The notes: generated by a model from the sequence alone, not told the origin. Counted from the stretch's first letter, positions 1-10,963 are shown. The stretch is DNA of 64,000 nucleotides from an uncultured Actinomycetota bacterium (GCA_963743915.1 CAVURN010000001.1:352001-416000), one strand, 5' to 3'. Program-made: numbers and translations.

Positions 1-199
1 GTTCCTGGTGCGTCGTGCGGGAGCCGTGGTCACCCGCGAGGAGCTGATGCGGCAGGTCTGGCAGACGAGCTGGATCGGGTCTACCAAGACCGTGGACATG
101 CATGTGTCGTGGCTGCGACGCGCCCTCGGCGACAACGTCGCGGCGCCTCGCTACATCAGCACCGTGCGCGGCGTCGGCTTCCGGTTCGAGGAGGGCTGA
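1..199 (+). CDS. OmpR-family response regulator, C-terminal part (truncated by window edge)
   Basis: Winged-helix tail TREELMRQVW...KTVDMHVSWLRRAL...ISTVRGVGFRF. Confidence 0.9.
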   Translation, partial: FLVRRAGAVVTREELMRQVWQTSWIGSTKTVDMHVSWLRRALGDNVAAPRYISTVRGVGFRFEEG

Positions 200-200
200 G

Positions 201-1514
201 GTGCGGCGGCGCCTTCTGCGCACGACGCTCGGCTCGACCCTTGCGCTGATCGCACTCATGACCGGGCTGATGCTGTGGGGGGACTGGATCGGCAACGACA
301 CGCGCTTCCAGCGGCAGATCGACGCGGAGCTGGACCGTGTGGTGTCGCAGCTCCACGAGGACTTCCATGACAGTGGGCAGGCCCTGACCGAGGAGCAGGT
401 GGATCGCGTGCTGCCTGCAGGGCGGCGGGTCGAGATCGCCCTGGTGGCCGGCGGGCAGCTGGTCGCCGGAAAGACCCATGTCACCGGGCCATCGGCGGAA
501 CTCGTCGTCGAGGATCTCGGGACGATCCGGCTCATCGACACCTCGGGCGCCCTGGGCCGGACCCACCTGCTCGCGTCCACGGTGATCGTCGGCATCGGGC
601 TCCTGTTCGCAGGCCTGGCGGCTTTGGTCCTGATCCGGATGTCCCGCCGGTTGACCCAGCCCTTCGAGGACCTGGTCGCACATGCCGAGCGCCTGCAGAG
701 CGGCGACCTACGGCTGCTCGACCGGCACTACGGCATCGAGGAGTTCGACCGGCTGGTCGCGGCGATGAACGCGTCCGTGAGTCGCGTCCTGGCGCTCCTG
801 GCCGAGGAGAGAAAGCTGACCATCGATGCCAGCCATCAGCTGAAGACACCTCTGACTGCACTGTCGCTGCGGCTCGAGGAGCTGAGTGAGCTGCGCGTGG
901 AGCAGCACGAGCGCGCGGAGGTGCTCCTGGCCCTCGAGCAGGTCGAGCGGCTGTCCGCGGTCGTCGACGACCTTCTCGTGGAGCGACGGTCGGCCGATGC
1001 CCACCGCGGGCAGGTGCCACTCGAGGCCGTGGTCGACCAGCAGCAGTCCGAGTGGCAGCACGTCTTCGCGGTACGGGGTCGGGCGCTGCATGTGGACGGC
1101 ACGTTGCGCGAGGCCTGCCCGGTGGATCCCGGCCCGGTGGGGCAGGTGATCGCCACCCTGCTCGAGAACAGCCTGCAGCACGGGGCAGGCGCCACCACCA
1201 TCGCGCTGCGTGACCCGAACGGAACCGCGTGGGTCGAGGTGTCGGACGAAGGCCCGGGCGTGCCCGATGACATTGCTGCCACGGTGTTCGAGCGTGAGGT
1301 GAGTGGTGGGGGCGGCACGGGGCTCGGGCTGGCGGCAGCCCAGGACGCGGCGGTGTCAGTGGGTGGTCGCCTCGCTCTCGTGAGCCGACGTCCCGCTCGG
1401 TTCCGCCTGTTCCTGGACCTTCGGGAAGACCCAGCGGCGGTAGGACCAGAACCGGAACAAGGTGCCCAGAGCGAGCCCGATGAGGTTCGCCGAGATGTTG
1501 TCGGCGATCGCTGA
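201..1514 (+). CDS. Sensor histidine kinase (HAMP, HisKA, HATPase)
   Basis: GTG at 201 after GAGGAGG; two TM segments, H-box ASHQLKTPL, N-box LLENSLQHG, DEGPG and GTGLGL; follows the response regulator. Confidence 0.9.
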   Translation: MRRRLLRTTLGSTLALIALMTGLMLWGDWIGNDTRFQRQIDAELDRVVSQLHEDFHDSGQALTEEQVDRVLPAGRRVEIALVAGGQLVAGKTHVTGPSAELVVEDLGTIRLIDTSGALGRTHLLASTVIVGIGLLFAGLAALVLIRMSRRLTQPFEDLVAHAERLQSGDLRLLDRHYGIEEFDRLVAAMNASVSRVLALLAEERKLTIDASHQLKTPLTALSLRLEELSELRVEQHERAEVLLALEQVERLSAVVDDLLVERRSADAHRGQVPLEAVVDQQQSEWQHVFAVRGRALHVDGTLREACPVDPGPVGQVIATLLENSLQHGAGATTIALRDPNGTAWVEVSDEGPGVPDDIAATVFEREVSGGGGTGLGLAAAQDAAVSVGGRLALVSRRPARFRLFLDLREDPAAVGPEPEQGAQSEPDEVRRDVVGDR

Positions 1515-1883
1515 GTCGAGGCCGAGCACGTAGCGCGACACGGCGAGCGGGAAGAGGGTCAGCGCCAACCCGATGCCGTTCAGGACGAAGTAGAGGGAGT
1601 ACTCACGCCAGAATCCGCGACGCTGCCGCGACTTCCAGGTCCACTCGCGATTCACCTGGTACGCGAAGACTGTGGCCACGACGACCGAGAGGGTCTTGGC
1701 GGTGAGCGGTTTGTCCTCCAGGACTCCAGGATCGCCGACGTGGACCAGCAGGTTGAAGATGACGACGTCGATGACGAAGGCGCCGAGGCCCACCACGGAG
1801 AACCGGAGGAGCTCGCCGATCCCGCGCCGCAGCCGGGCGAGGAACGACTCGCGGGGCGCTTGCGCACGGGACACCATCATCAA
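1356..1883 (-). CDS. GtrA family membrane protein
   Basis: ELLRFSVVG...FAYQVNREWTW...FRFWSYRRWVF, four TM helices; start may be one of the ATGs at 1877-1880. Confidence 0.9.
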   Translation of the reverse strand: MMMVSRAQAPRESFLARLRRGIGELLRFSVVGLGAFVIDVVIFNLLVHVGDPGVLEDKPLTAKTLSVVVATVFAYQVNREWTWKSRQRRGFWREYSLYFVLNGIGLALTLFPLAVSRYVLGLDSAIADNISANLIGLALGTLFRFWSYRRWVFPKVQEQAEPSGTSAHESEATTH

Positions 1884-1905
1884 CCGAGGCTACCTGCGCG
1901 TGTCG

Positions 1906-2694
1906 TCAACGGTCGCTCACCGCGCGCGCGTCGGGAGGGCGCAGCACGGCGAACTGGTCGGTGACCTGGATCTCGCGGAGCCGGAAGCGGTACAGGGCCG
2001 CCGGACGGCCGCCGTGCGTTCCGGGAGGTGACACCTCTCCGGTCGCGACGATCTGCTCGCGCCTGAGCAGGATCCGTTTGAGATTCGTCGCGGAGACGTC
2101 GTGACCCAGCGCGGCGCGGTAGAGGGACTGCAGCTCTGACGCCGTGAACTCCTCAGGTGCGAGAGCGAACCCGAGATTGGTGTAGCTGAGCTTGGCTCTG
2201 AGCCGTGCGACCCCGCTGAGCGTGATCGAGTGGTGGTCGAAGGCCATGGGGGGCAGGTCCTCGACCGGATGCCAGGCGGTGTCCGGTGGCAGGTCGCGGT
2301 CGGCGTGCTCGGGATCGGTCGACGCCGGCACGAGCCCGAGGTAGGCGGTGGCCAGGACCCGGCGCCGCGGGTCGCGGTCCGGGTCGCTCCGCGTCTCCAG
2401 CTGCTCGAGGTGTGCGAGGTGCTGGACGTCCACCTTCGCCGCCAGGTGGTGCGCGACCGACTGCCCGAGCGTGCCGCCGTCGGGGTGCCCGGAGAGCAGA
2501 GGGCCTCCCGGGAGCGCCCACGCGCCCCGCGCGGGACCGCGCCCGTGCTGCCACAGCAGCACGTGCAAGGCCGCACGACGGACCTGCAGGACGACGGCGA
2601 GGACCTCGTGCTGGGGGAGCGCGGTGGCGGGTGGTGGTCGAGGCTGGACCGGCCACTGGGGCACCTCCGGAGCGCGTGGTAGCGTGGATTTCAC
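1906..2694 (-). CDS. nrtR: NrtR-family (NUDIX plus winged helix) transcriptional regulator of NAD synthesis
   Basis: WALPGG, LEQLETRSDPDRDPR, MAFDH, KLSYTNLGF, NLKRIL, GGRPAALYRF; divergent from nadA. Confidence 0.88.
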   Translation of the reverse strand: MKSTLPRAPEVPQWPVQPRPPPATALPQHEVLAVVLQVRRAALHVLLWQHGRGPARGAWALPGGPLLSGHPDGGTLGQSVAHHLAAKVDVQHLAHLEQLETRSDPDRDPRRRVLATAYLGLVPASTDPEHADRDLPPDTAWHPVEDLPPMAFDHHSITLSGVARLRAKLSYTNLGFALAPEEFTASELQSLYRAALGHDVSATNLKRILLRREQIVATGEVSPPGTHGGRPAALYRFRLREIQVTDQFAVLRPPDARAVSDR

Positions 2695-2696
2695 CC

Positions 2697-2721
2697 GGTT
2701 ATTGACTGCCAGGCAATAACC
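2697..2721. promoter_or_regulatory. Palindromic operator, probable NrtR site
   Basis: GGTTATTGaCTGcCAGgCAATAACC, a near-perfect 25-bp inverted repeat between nrtR and nadA. Confidence 0.8.
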
Positions 2722-2768
2722 ACGTTAGCAGGGCCCTCGACGTCTCGCCGGCCCCGCGCACGACGGAG

Positions 2769-3762
2769 GTGGTGGCGGTGGCCACCGAGCAGTTCGTGGT
2801 GGACCCGGCGTACGCCGAGGAGGTGCGACGCCTCGCCGCCGAGCGCGATGCCCTGATCCTCGCGCACAACTACCAGGTGCCCGAGATCCAAGAGGTCGCG
2901 CACCACGTGGGGGACTCGCTGCAGCTGGCCCGCCTCGCCGCCGCCAGTGACGCCTCCACGATCGTGCTCTGTGGCGTCCACTTCATGGCCGAGTCCGCCA
3001 AGCTGCTGGCACCGGACCGCACCGTCCTGATCCCCGACCCCGGCGCCGGCTGCTCGCTCGCCGACACCATCACTGCCGACCAGCTCCGCGAGTGGAAGGC
3101 GGAGCACCCGGGGGCGGTGGTCGTCTCGTACGTCAACACCTCCGCAGCGGTGAAGGCCGAGACCGACATCTGCTGCACGTCGTCCAACGCGGTCGACGTG
3201 GTGAACTCCATCCCTGCCGACCGGGAGATCCTCTTCCTGCCCGACCAGTTCCTCGGCGCCCACGTGCAGCGCGTCACGGGTCGCGCCAACATGCACATCT
3301 GGGCGGGCGAGTGCCACGTCCACGCCGCGATCAGCGGGGACCAGCTCGTCCAGCGCGTCCGCGAGGAGCCCGATGCCGAGCTGCTCATCCACCCCGAGTG
3401 CGGCTGCGCGACGTCCGCCCTCTACCTCGCGGGTGAGGGGATCGTCCCGGAGGACCACACGCACATCCTCTCCACCGGCGGCATGCTGACCATGGCCAAG
3501 CGCCTGGGCGACGCGCGCGTGCTGGTCGCGACCGAGACCGGCATGCTGCACCAGCTGCGCAAGGCGAACCCGGCAGGCGGACTTCCAGCCGGTCAACCCC
3601 AAGGCCGACTGCCGGTACATGAAGATGATCACTCCCGAGAAGCTGCTGCGCTCCCTGCGTGAGAACGTCTTCGAGGTCACCGTCGACCCGGAGATCGCTG
3701 CGCGCGCACGCCGGGCCGTCGAGCGGATGGTCGAGCTCGGCGGCGCCCCCGTCCCGGCGTGA
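2769..3762 (+). CDS. nadA: Quinolinate synthase; one extra base near 3572 breaks the frame (probable sequencing error)
   Basis: [40 protein letters not shown]; the C-terminus with the third Cys ([14 protein letters not shown]) continues in another frame to TGA 3762. Confidence 0.93.
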
Positions 3763-5448
3763 GCGCACACGTGGAGGTGCCGGCGCGGGCCGACACCGCC
3801 CCAGCCGATGGCCGGCGTGCCGATCCGCTGCCGCGTCTGCCCGGAGTTCCGGGACGCGAGGAGACCGCCGAGGTCGTCGTGGTCGGCTCGGGTGCCGCCG
3901 GTGCCACCGCCGCCCTCGGGGCCGCGCGCGCAGGACGTGACGTGCTCGTGATCACCAAGTCGGTCCTCGGTGCGGGGTCCACGACGTGGGCGCAAGGTGG
4001 TCTCGCGGCGGTTCTCGACGCGACTGACGACTCCTGGGCCGAACACGTCGCCGACACCGAGGCGGCCGGAGCCGGCCTCTCGGACCGCGCGGTGGTCGAG
4101 CAGCTCGTCCGGCGTGCGCCCGAGGCGGTGCAGGCCCTCATCGACCTGGGTGCGGAGTTCGACCGCGACCTGGCCGGGCGGCTCGCCCTCGCGCGGGAAG
4201 GCGGTCACCACCGTCGGCGCATCGTCCACGCAGGCGGGGACGCCACCGGAGCCGAGGTGCAGCGGACCCTCGACGGGGCACTGCGCGAAGCAGGGGTCGT
4301 CGTGCGGGAACGCTGCACCGCCCTCGACGTCGTGCTCGACGGCGCCGGACGGGTTGCCGGGGCCGTCGTGGCGCACATCGACGAGTCCGGCCGCCTCGAG
4401 GACGTCGCGCTCGTCCGCACGACGGCGGTCGTGGTCGCGACCGGAGGAATGGGCCAGGCGTACGCCGTGACCACCAACCCTGCGCAGTCCACCGGTGACG
4501 GGCTCGCGCTCGCGTGGCGAGCCGGTGCGCAGGTGGCCGACGTCGAGTTCGTGCAGTTCCACCCCACGGCGTTCTGGCAACCCCATGCGGTCGGGCAGCA
4601 GCTGCTCGTCTCCGAGGCGGTCCGCGGCGAGGGGGCCACGCTGGTGGACGCGACCGGGCGGTCGGTGATGGCCGGGGTCCACCCCCTCGGAGACCTCGCA
4701 CCGCGCGACGTCGTGGCGACCGCCATCGCCATGCGCCTGCGCCAGGCACCCGGCGGCGTCGACGACCACGTCTTCCTCGACGCGACCGGCATCGGTCCCT
4801 CGCTCGTCGACAGGTTCCCCACCATCGTCGAGCGGTGCCGGGCTGCGGGGATCGACCCGCTCCGCGAACCGATCCCGGTGGCACCTGCCGCGCACTTCGC
4901 CTGCGGCGGGATCCGGGCCGACGCTCGAGGGGACCACCACGGTCCCGGGACTCTTCGCCGTCGGTGAGGTGGCAGACACCGGCGTCCACGGTGCCAACCG
5001 ACTGGCGTCGAACGGGGTGACGGAAGGGCTGGTCGCCGGGAGAGCCGTGGCCGAGCGGCTGAGCGAGGAGCTCCCGGTCAGCGGGGAGCCGCTGCCGGGC
5101 GAGGACGTGCTTCCCGCCGTCGCCGCCTCCGCGCGAGAGCCGCTCACGCGCGCGATGAGCCGGTGGGTGGGTCCGTTGCGCGACGCCGACGGTCTGCGCG
5201 ACGCTGAGGGCGCGTGCGCGGAGGTCCCGCCGGTGGATGTGCTGGCCACGCTTGCGGACGTCGAGGCCACCAACCTGACAACGGTCTCGCGGCTCGTGGT
5301 GCGGGCGGCGGGGATCCGGGAGGAGAGCCGAGGCAGCCACCGACGGCTGGACCACCCGGAGACGTCCGACGCCTGGCGCGGGCGGATCGTGCAGCAGTGG
5401 GACGGGGCGGTGCACCGCCACTGGCTGGAGAGGGTGGACGCGACGTGA
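3759..5448 (+). CDS. nadB: L-aspartate oxidase; one extra G in GGGG 4929-4932 (probable sequencing error)
   Basis: [40 protein letters not shown], then [23 protein letters not shown] and REESRGSH in the next frame. Confidence 0.92.
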
Positions 5449-6389
5449 GTGGCGCAACCGAGGGGCACGAGCTGTCGGCGGCGACGCGTGAGATGGTCGA
5501 GAGCGCCGGGCTCGCGCCCGACCTGGTGGTGTCACGCGTCCAGCTGGCCCTCGACGAGGACCTCGCCTACGGTCCGGACGTCACCACCGCTGCGACCGTC
5601 CCCCCCGGTCAGTGGGTGGCGGCCACCATCGGTTCGCGCGCTGCCGGCGTCGTGGCCGGTATCCCGCTGGTGCTCGTCACCTTCGACCTGGTGATCGGCC
5701 CGACGAGCTGGCGGCTGCTCGCCCACCAGCCCGACGGCTCCGTGGTCTCACCCGGTGACGTCGTCGTCGCGCTCGAGGCTCCGACGGCTGCGCTGCTGAC
5801 CGCCGAGCGGACGGCCCTGAACTTCCTGGGCCACCTGTCGGGGGTGGCGACGCTGACCCGACGCTGGGCCGATGCCCTGGGCCCGACGACGCGGGTGCGC
5901 GACACCCGAAAGACCATCCCTGGGCTGCGCGAGCTGGACAAGTACGCCGTCCGGTGCGGGGGCGGTCTGAACCACCGCATGGGCCTGGGCGACGCCGCGC
6001 TGGTCAAGGACAACCACGTGGTGGCCGCCGGCGGCGTCACGGAGGCAGTGACGCAGGTTCGCGCCGAGGCGCCCGACGTGCCGCTGGAGGTCGAGTGCGA
6101 CTCCGCGGAACAGGTGACGGCGGCGGTGGACGCCGGCGTCGACCTGATCCTGCTCGACAACATGGGCGTCGACCAGATGCGCCGCTGCGTGGAGATCGGT
6201 CGGGCGTCCGGGCGCACCGTCGCGTTCGAGGCCAGCGGCGGCCTCCACCTGGCCGATGCGGCTGAGGTCGCGGCGACGGGGGTCGACTTCGCGGCGGTGG
6301 GTGCGTTGACGCACTCGGCGCCGGTCCTCGACCTCGGACTCGACGTGCTGGGCGTGGTGACCCCGTCGCTAGGCTCGCGCAATGACTGA
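5445..6389 (+). CDS. nadC: Nicotinate-nucleotide diphosphorylase (carboxylating)
   Basis: [45 protein letters not shown]; GTGA overlap with nadB. Confidence 0.95.
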   Translation: MSGATEGHELSAATREMVESAGLAPDLVVSRVQLALDEDLAYGPDVTTAATVPPGQWVAATIGSRAAGVVAGIPLVLVTFDLVIGPTSWRLLAHQPDGSVVSPGDVVVALEAPTAALLTAERTALNFLGHLSGVATLTRRWADALGPTTRVRDTRKTIPGLRELDKYAVRCGGGLNHRMGLGDAALVKDNHVVAAGGVTEAVTQVRAEAPDVPLEVECDSAEQVTAAVDAGVDLILLDNMGVDQMRRCVEIGRASGRTVAFEASGGLHLADAAEVAATGVDFAAVGALTHSAPVLDLGLDVLGVVTPSLGSRND

Positions 6390-7551
6390 CAGCCGTGCGT
6401 CAGGCCCCGACGACTTCCCGGTGGTCGGAGTCGTGGGCGGGGGGCAGCTCGCCCGCATGATGCAGCAGCCCGCGATCGCCCTCGGGGTGCGCCTGCGGCT
6501 GTTGTCCGACACCCCGGCCGACAGCGCCGCTCAGGTGATCCCCGACACCGTGGTCGGCGACTACCGAGACCTCGAGACACTGCGGTCCTTCGTGCGCGGC
6601 TGTGACGTCGTCACCTTCGACCACGAACATGTGCCGACCGACCACTTGCGCACCCTGGAGCGGGACGGTGTCGCCGTCCGGCCAGGAGCCGAGGCGTTGG
6701 TGTTCGCACAGGACAAAGGGCTGATGCGGGAGCGGCTGGCCGAGCTCGCGGCACCCCTCCCCAGATGGCGTCGGGTCAGCGCGACCTCCGACGTCGCGAC
6801 CTTCGTCACCGAGGTCACGGACTTCCCGGTGGTGCTCAAGGCCACCCGTGGCGGCTACGACGGCAAGGGCGTGTGGGTCGTCCACGACCTTGCGGCGGCC
6901 GACGAGATCCTGGCCCACGACCAGGTGCCGGGTTTCATCGTCGAGGAGATGGTTCCCTTCACCCGCGAGCTGTCGGCGATGGTGGCGCGCAGTCCCAGCG
7001 GTCAGGCGGTCGCCTACCCGGTGGTGCAGACGGTGCAGCGCGACGGCATCTGCCACGAGGTCTATGCGCCTGCACCGGGCATCGACCCCGAGCACGCCGT
7101 GGCGGCGCAGCAGGTCGCGTTGCGCATCGCGGGAGAGCTCGGCGTCGTCGGGATGCTCGCCGTCGAGATGTTCGACACGCCGGCCGGGGTGCTGGTCAAC
7201 GAGCTGGCGATGCGGCCGCACAACTCCGGGCACTGGGGGATCGACGGCGCCGTCACGAGCCAGTTCGAGAACCACCTGCGGGCGGTCCTCGACCTTCCCC
7301 TCGGCGATCCCTCCGCGACGGCTCCGCTCACCGTCATGGTCAACCTGCTCGGGGGTGACCTGACCGACCTGTACCCGGCGTACCTGCACTGCATGGCGCG
7401 CGACCCCGCACTGAAGCTCCACCTGTACGGCAAGGTGGTCAAGCCCGGACGCAAGGTGGGGCACGTCACGGCCTGTGGCAGCACCCTCGACGAGCTGTTG
7501 GAGCGCACCCGCCATGCTGTGGCCTACCTGAGAGGGGACATCGATGAGTGA
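6382..7551 (+). CDS. purK: N5-CAIR synthase
   Basis: [53 protein letters not shown]. Confidence 0.96.
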   Translation: MTDSRASGPDDFPVVGVVGGGQLARMMQQPAIALGVRLRLLSDTPADSAAQVIPDTVVGDYRDLETLRSFVRGCDVVTFDHEHVPTDHLRTLERDGVAVRPGAEALVFAQDKGLMRERLAELAAPLPRWRRVSATSDVATFVTEVTDFPVVLKATRGGYDGKGVWVVHDLAAADEILAHDQVPGFIVEEMVPFTRELSAMVARSPSGQAVAYPVVQTVQRDGICHEVYAPAPGIDPEHAVAAQQVALRIAGELGVVGMLAVEMFDTPAGVLVNELAMRPHNSGHWGIDGAVTSQFENHLRAVLDLPLGDPSATAPLTVMVNLLGGDLTDLYPAYLHCMARDPALKLHLYGKVVKPGRKVGHVTACGSTLDELLERTRHAVAYLRGDIDE

Positions 7552-8077
7552 CGCGGGGGCGGAGCGTCCGCAGGTCAGCGTCGTCATGGGCAGCGACTCG
7601 GACTGGCCGGTGATGGAGGCCGCAGCCGACGCCCTCGACGAGTTCGGCGTCCCCTACGAGGTCGACGTCGTCTCCGCGCACCGCACTCCGCGGGCGATGC
7701 TCGACTTCGGCGCCGGGGCGGCTGACCGCGGGATCAAGGTCGTCATCGCCGGTGCCGGAGGTGCGGCCCACCTGCCGGGCATGCTCGCCTCGGTGACTCC
7801 GTTGCCGGTCATCGGGGTTCCGGTGCCGCTCAGCCGGCTCGACGGCCTCGACTCGCTGCTGTCCATCGTGCAGATGCCGGCGGGCGTGCCCGTGGCCACG
7901 GTGGCGATCGGCAACGCACGCAATGCCGGCCTGCTCGCGGTGCGCATCCTGGCGACGGGTGACGCCGCCCTCCAGCAGGCGATGCACGAGTACCAGGAGC
8001 GGATCGCCGAGGAGTCGGCGGCCAAGGGCGAGACGCTGCGGCGGCGCCGCGAGGGCGGCGTCGGCTTCACGGGCTGA
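7544..8077 (+). CDS. purE: N5-CAIR mutase
   Basis: [38 protein letters not shown]. Confidence 0.97.
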   Translation: MSDAGAERPQVSVVMGSDSDWPVMEAAADALDEFGVPYEVDVVSAHRTPRAMLDFGAGAADRGIKVVIAGAGGAAHLPGMLASVTPLPVIGVPVPLSRLDGLDSLLSIVQMPAGVPVATVAIGNARNAGLLAVRILATGDAALQQAMHEYQERIAEESAAKGETLRRRREGGVGFTG

Positions 8078-8115
8078 CCGGCCCGAGCCGCACCCCGCCC
8101 CTCAGACGGTCCCGG

Positions 8116-8853
8116 TCAGACGACGAGCAAGGTCACGACCAGCACGAGCACCGACCCCACGATCTCGACCGCGCCGATCCGCGCGGGACGCCACCCGTGC
8201 TGGGGTACCGCGACCGCGCGGCCCAGCAGGAAGCCGAAGGGGACCAGCAGCCACGGGTCGAGGGCGCCGGCGACCAGCACGGCAGCGGCGTGAAACGCGA
8301 TCGAAGCCTTGCGGTAGCGAGGGTCGTCCCGCTCCCGGATCGTCGACTTGACGTGCAGCACCGCGCCGCAGAACGCGAGCCAGCACACGATGAAGAGCAC
8401 GGCAGCGACGGAGGCCTGATCCCCTTCTGCCACGCGGTAGGCCAGTGGTGCCATGAGGCTGGCCGCCGTGGCTGAGGCGAGACCGGCGACCCATGAGCGT
8501 TCGTCGCCGCGCAGTGCGTACCAGGCAGAGACCAGCTCGAACGGGACGAAGAGCCACACCGCGGCGAGCACCCACGGCTGGTTCCAGGCGACGATCGCGC
8601 CGGCGACCGCCAGCAGCGCGCCGTACGTCAAGGCGGGTGCGCGGAAGCGTCGTCCGCGATGGCGCAGACGTCGGGTTCGGTACCAGCGCAGCGCGAAGTA
8701 GGTGGCACCGTAGGCCGACAGCCAGGCAACCAGGAGGGCCGCTGACAGCCAGCCCGGCTCGGCTGCGAACGTCCCGAGCAGGAACGGCACGAGCAGCATC
8801 GCCCACGCGCCGTGCTCGGGCGGCACGAAGGTGCCCAGCCTGCGGTGCGCCAC
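8116..8853 (-). CDS. YwiC-like membrane protein
   Basis: PPEHGAWAML at the N-terminus, VKSTIRER, IGAVEI; multi-TM. Confidence 0.85.
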   Translation of the reverse strand: MAHRRLGTFVPPEHGAWAMLLVPFLLGTFAAEPGWLSAALLVAWLSAYGATYFALRWYRTRRLRHRGRRFRAPALTYGALLAVAGAIVAWNQPWVLAAVWLFVPFELVSAWYALRGDERSWVAGLASATAASLMAPLAYRVAEGDQASVAAVLFIVCWLAFCGAVLHVKSTIRERDDPRYRKASIAFHAAAVLVAGALDPWLLVPFGFLLGRAVAVPQHGWRPARIGAVEIVGSVLVLVVTLLVV

Positions 8854-8985
8854 CGGTCAGGGCCGCCCCGTGGCACCGAGGTACCCGGTCCCCAGCACGG
8901 TCGGTCGTGGCGCCACGGGACTCCTTCGGCATCGTCGGTCGACCCCCTGGTCGTCTCCCCGGCAGGCTAGCGAACGCATGCTTGG

Positions 8986-9492
8986 ATGACCGCCATGGAT
9001 CCGGTCCCGGTGAGCGCGGCGCGCACCACCTTGAGTCAGATCATGACCTCGCTCGACGTCAACCTGCTCGGCACCGTGCATGGGGGTGTGGTGATGCGCC
9101 TGGTCGACTCGGTGGCGGGTGCCTCAGCCGGGCGGCACAGCCGGGGCCCTGCGGTCACGGTCTCCATGGACGAGATGGTCTTCCTGCAGCCGGTGCGCGT
9201 CGGGGATCTCATCCATGCCCACGCTCAGGTCAACTGGGCAGGGCGGACGTCGATGGAGGTCGGGGTCCGGGTGACGGCCGAGCGCTGGAACGAGACCGAT
9301 CCCCCCATGCATGTGGCCTCGGCCTACCTCGTGTTCGTCGCCGTCGACGACGAGGGGCGTCCACGCGACGTCCCTGCCGTGCTCCCCGAGAGCGACGAGG
9401 ACCGCCGGAGGTTCGCCGAGGCGCAGATCCGTCGGCAGCACCGTCTGGCGCGAAGGGACGAGATCGAACGGCTTCGCTCGGGAGAGGGCTGA
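8986..9492 (+). CDS. Acyl-CoA thioesterase (hotdog fold)
   Basis: NLLGTVHGG, GRTSMEVGV, AYLVFVAVD. Confidence 0.92.
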   Translation: MTAMDPVPVSAARTTLSQIMTSLDVNLLGTVHGGVVMRLVDSVAGASAGRHSRGPAVTVSMDEMVFLQPVRVGDLIHAHAQVNWAGRTSMEVGVRVTAERWNETDPPMHVASAYLVFVAVDDEGRPRDVPAVLPESDEDRRRFAEAQIRRQHRLARRDEIERLRSGEG

Positions 9493-9496
9493 GCGG

Positions 9497-10963
9497 TCAG
9501 CCGCAGACGTCGTCAGCGGCGGTACGGGACCCCAGCTCGCTGTCGGCCTTGGCGACCCTCACCGCCTGCGGCTCGGTGTACTCGGTTCCGACGATGACCT
9601 GGAAGGTGCCGCCGAGGCCGGCCACCTCTTCGAGCTCAGCACCGGGGAAGGCAGTCTCGAGCGTCTTGACGGAGGTGTTCCACTCAGGGTCGTAGCGGAT
9701 CACGGTCGTGGTGACGTCGTCCCGCTCGTCGTTCCCCGGAGCGGCCGCGATGGTGTAGCCGGCGCGGTCCAGGTCATCGCTGGCATTCGTGGCCAGACCC
9801 TCGATGCTGCTCCCGTTGAGTACCTGCACGTCGATGTCGGCGGGCGCGACCTGGACGGTGGGACCCTTCTTCTGCTTGACCAGTGGTTGGTCGGCGGTGA
9901 TGGCGTCGAAGACCTCCTGCGCCTTTTCGCGGTCCCACTCGACGGCGCTGCCCACCGGCGTCTGCAGGTTGACGTTCGACAGCGGCACCGTCAGGAACCG
10001 GATGTCCTTCGGGGACAGGGACTGCATCTCGCCGGCGAGGTCGAGGAGGGCGTCGCGTGACATGCCCTCGTCCATCTTCACGGAGGAGAGCGTGGCGTCC
10101 AGGAAGCTGTTGAGGGTGACGGGATTGAGCAGGACGCCGGCGCTGGTGGCCTCCTGGAACATCGAACCGAGGAAGCGCTGCTGCCGCTCCATGCGGCCGA
10201 TGTCGGCGGTGGGGTCGATGTAGCGCGCTCGCACGTAGGCGAGCCCCATGATGCCGTCGACGTGAGACTTGCCGGCCGGCAGCTTCAGCCCACTGCGCCG
10301 GTCCTCGACCGCGGTGGGGACGCAGACATCCACGCCCCCCAAGGCGTCGACCATGTTGACCACGCCCCCGAACCCGACCTCGACGTAGTGGTCGATCGGG
10401 ACGCCGGTCTCCTCGGTCACGGTCTCGATCAGAAGGGGTGCACCACCCAACGAGTAGGCCGCGTTGAGCTTGTTCTTCTGCGCGGGGTGCTTGTCACCGG
10501 AGTCATCGGTGTACGCGGGGATCGTGACGTAGGAGTCGCGGGGCAGGCTGACCACCGTGGCGCTCTTGCGGTCGCCTGCGACGTGCACCAGCATCATCGT
10601 GTCCGACCGCTGGCCCGAGGCGTTGGCAGCGGTCCCGGTGCTCAGCTGGTGCGCCTCGGCGGCGCTCAGACCCTCGCGACTGTCCGAGCCCACCACGAGG
10701 AACGTCAACGGACCGGAGCTGTCACCCGACAGCAGGCCGGACAGACCGAGGATGCGCCCGATCTTGGCGTCGTAGTACGTCGCCAGCACCCAGCTTCCGG
10801 TGCTGGTGATGAGCACCGCGGCGGCGACCACCGTGGTCAGCCAGGAGAGCCATCGACGGGCCCCGGTCCTGGGGGCCGCGCCGGCCGAGGACGCGCCGGA
10901 CGTTCCACGGGGGGAGAGCTCCGGGGGAAGGGCGGCGCTCATCGGGGGAGGACCTCCGGTCAC
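9497..10963 (-). CDS. LCP family glycopolymer transferase with LytR_C domain
   Basis: N-terminal TM, LVVGSDSR, RSDTMMLVH, SLPRDS, KLNAAY, YVRAR, GRMERQQ; C-terminal VQVLNG...GLA. Confidence 0.93.
   Translation of the reverse strand: MTGGPPPMSAALPPELSPRGTSGASSAGAAPRTGARRWLSWLTTVVAAAVLITSTGSWVLATYYDAKIGRILGLSGLLSGDSSGPLTFLVVGSDSREGLSAAEAHQLSTGTAANASGQRSDTMMLVHVAGDRKSATVVSLPRDSYVTIPAYTDDSGDKHPAQKNKLNAAYSLGGAPLLIETVTEETGVPIDHYVEVGFGGVVNMVDALGGVDVCVPTAVEDRRSGLKLPAGKSHVDGIMGLAYVRARYIDPTADIGRMERQQRFLGSMFQEATSAGVLLNPVTLNSFLDATLSSVKMDEGMSRDALLDLAGEMQSLSPKDIRFLTVPLSNVNLQTPVGSAVEWDREKAQEVFDAITADQPLVKQKKGPTVQVAPADIDVQVLNGSSIEGLATNASDDLDRAGYTIAAAPGNDERDDVTTTVIRYDPEWNTSVKTLETAFPGAELEEVAGLGGTFQVIVGTEYTEPQAVRVAKADSELGSRTAADDVCG

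Noticed and set aside
2691-5468. 925-aa minus-strand ORF
   Set aside because: Antisense shadow of nadA/nadB caused by high-GC codon bias; no recognisable motifs.
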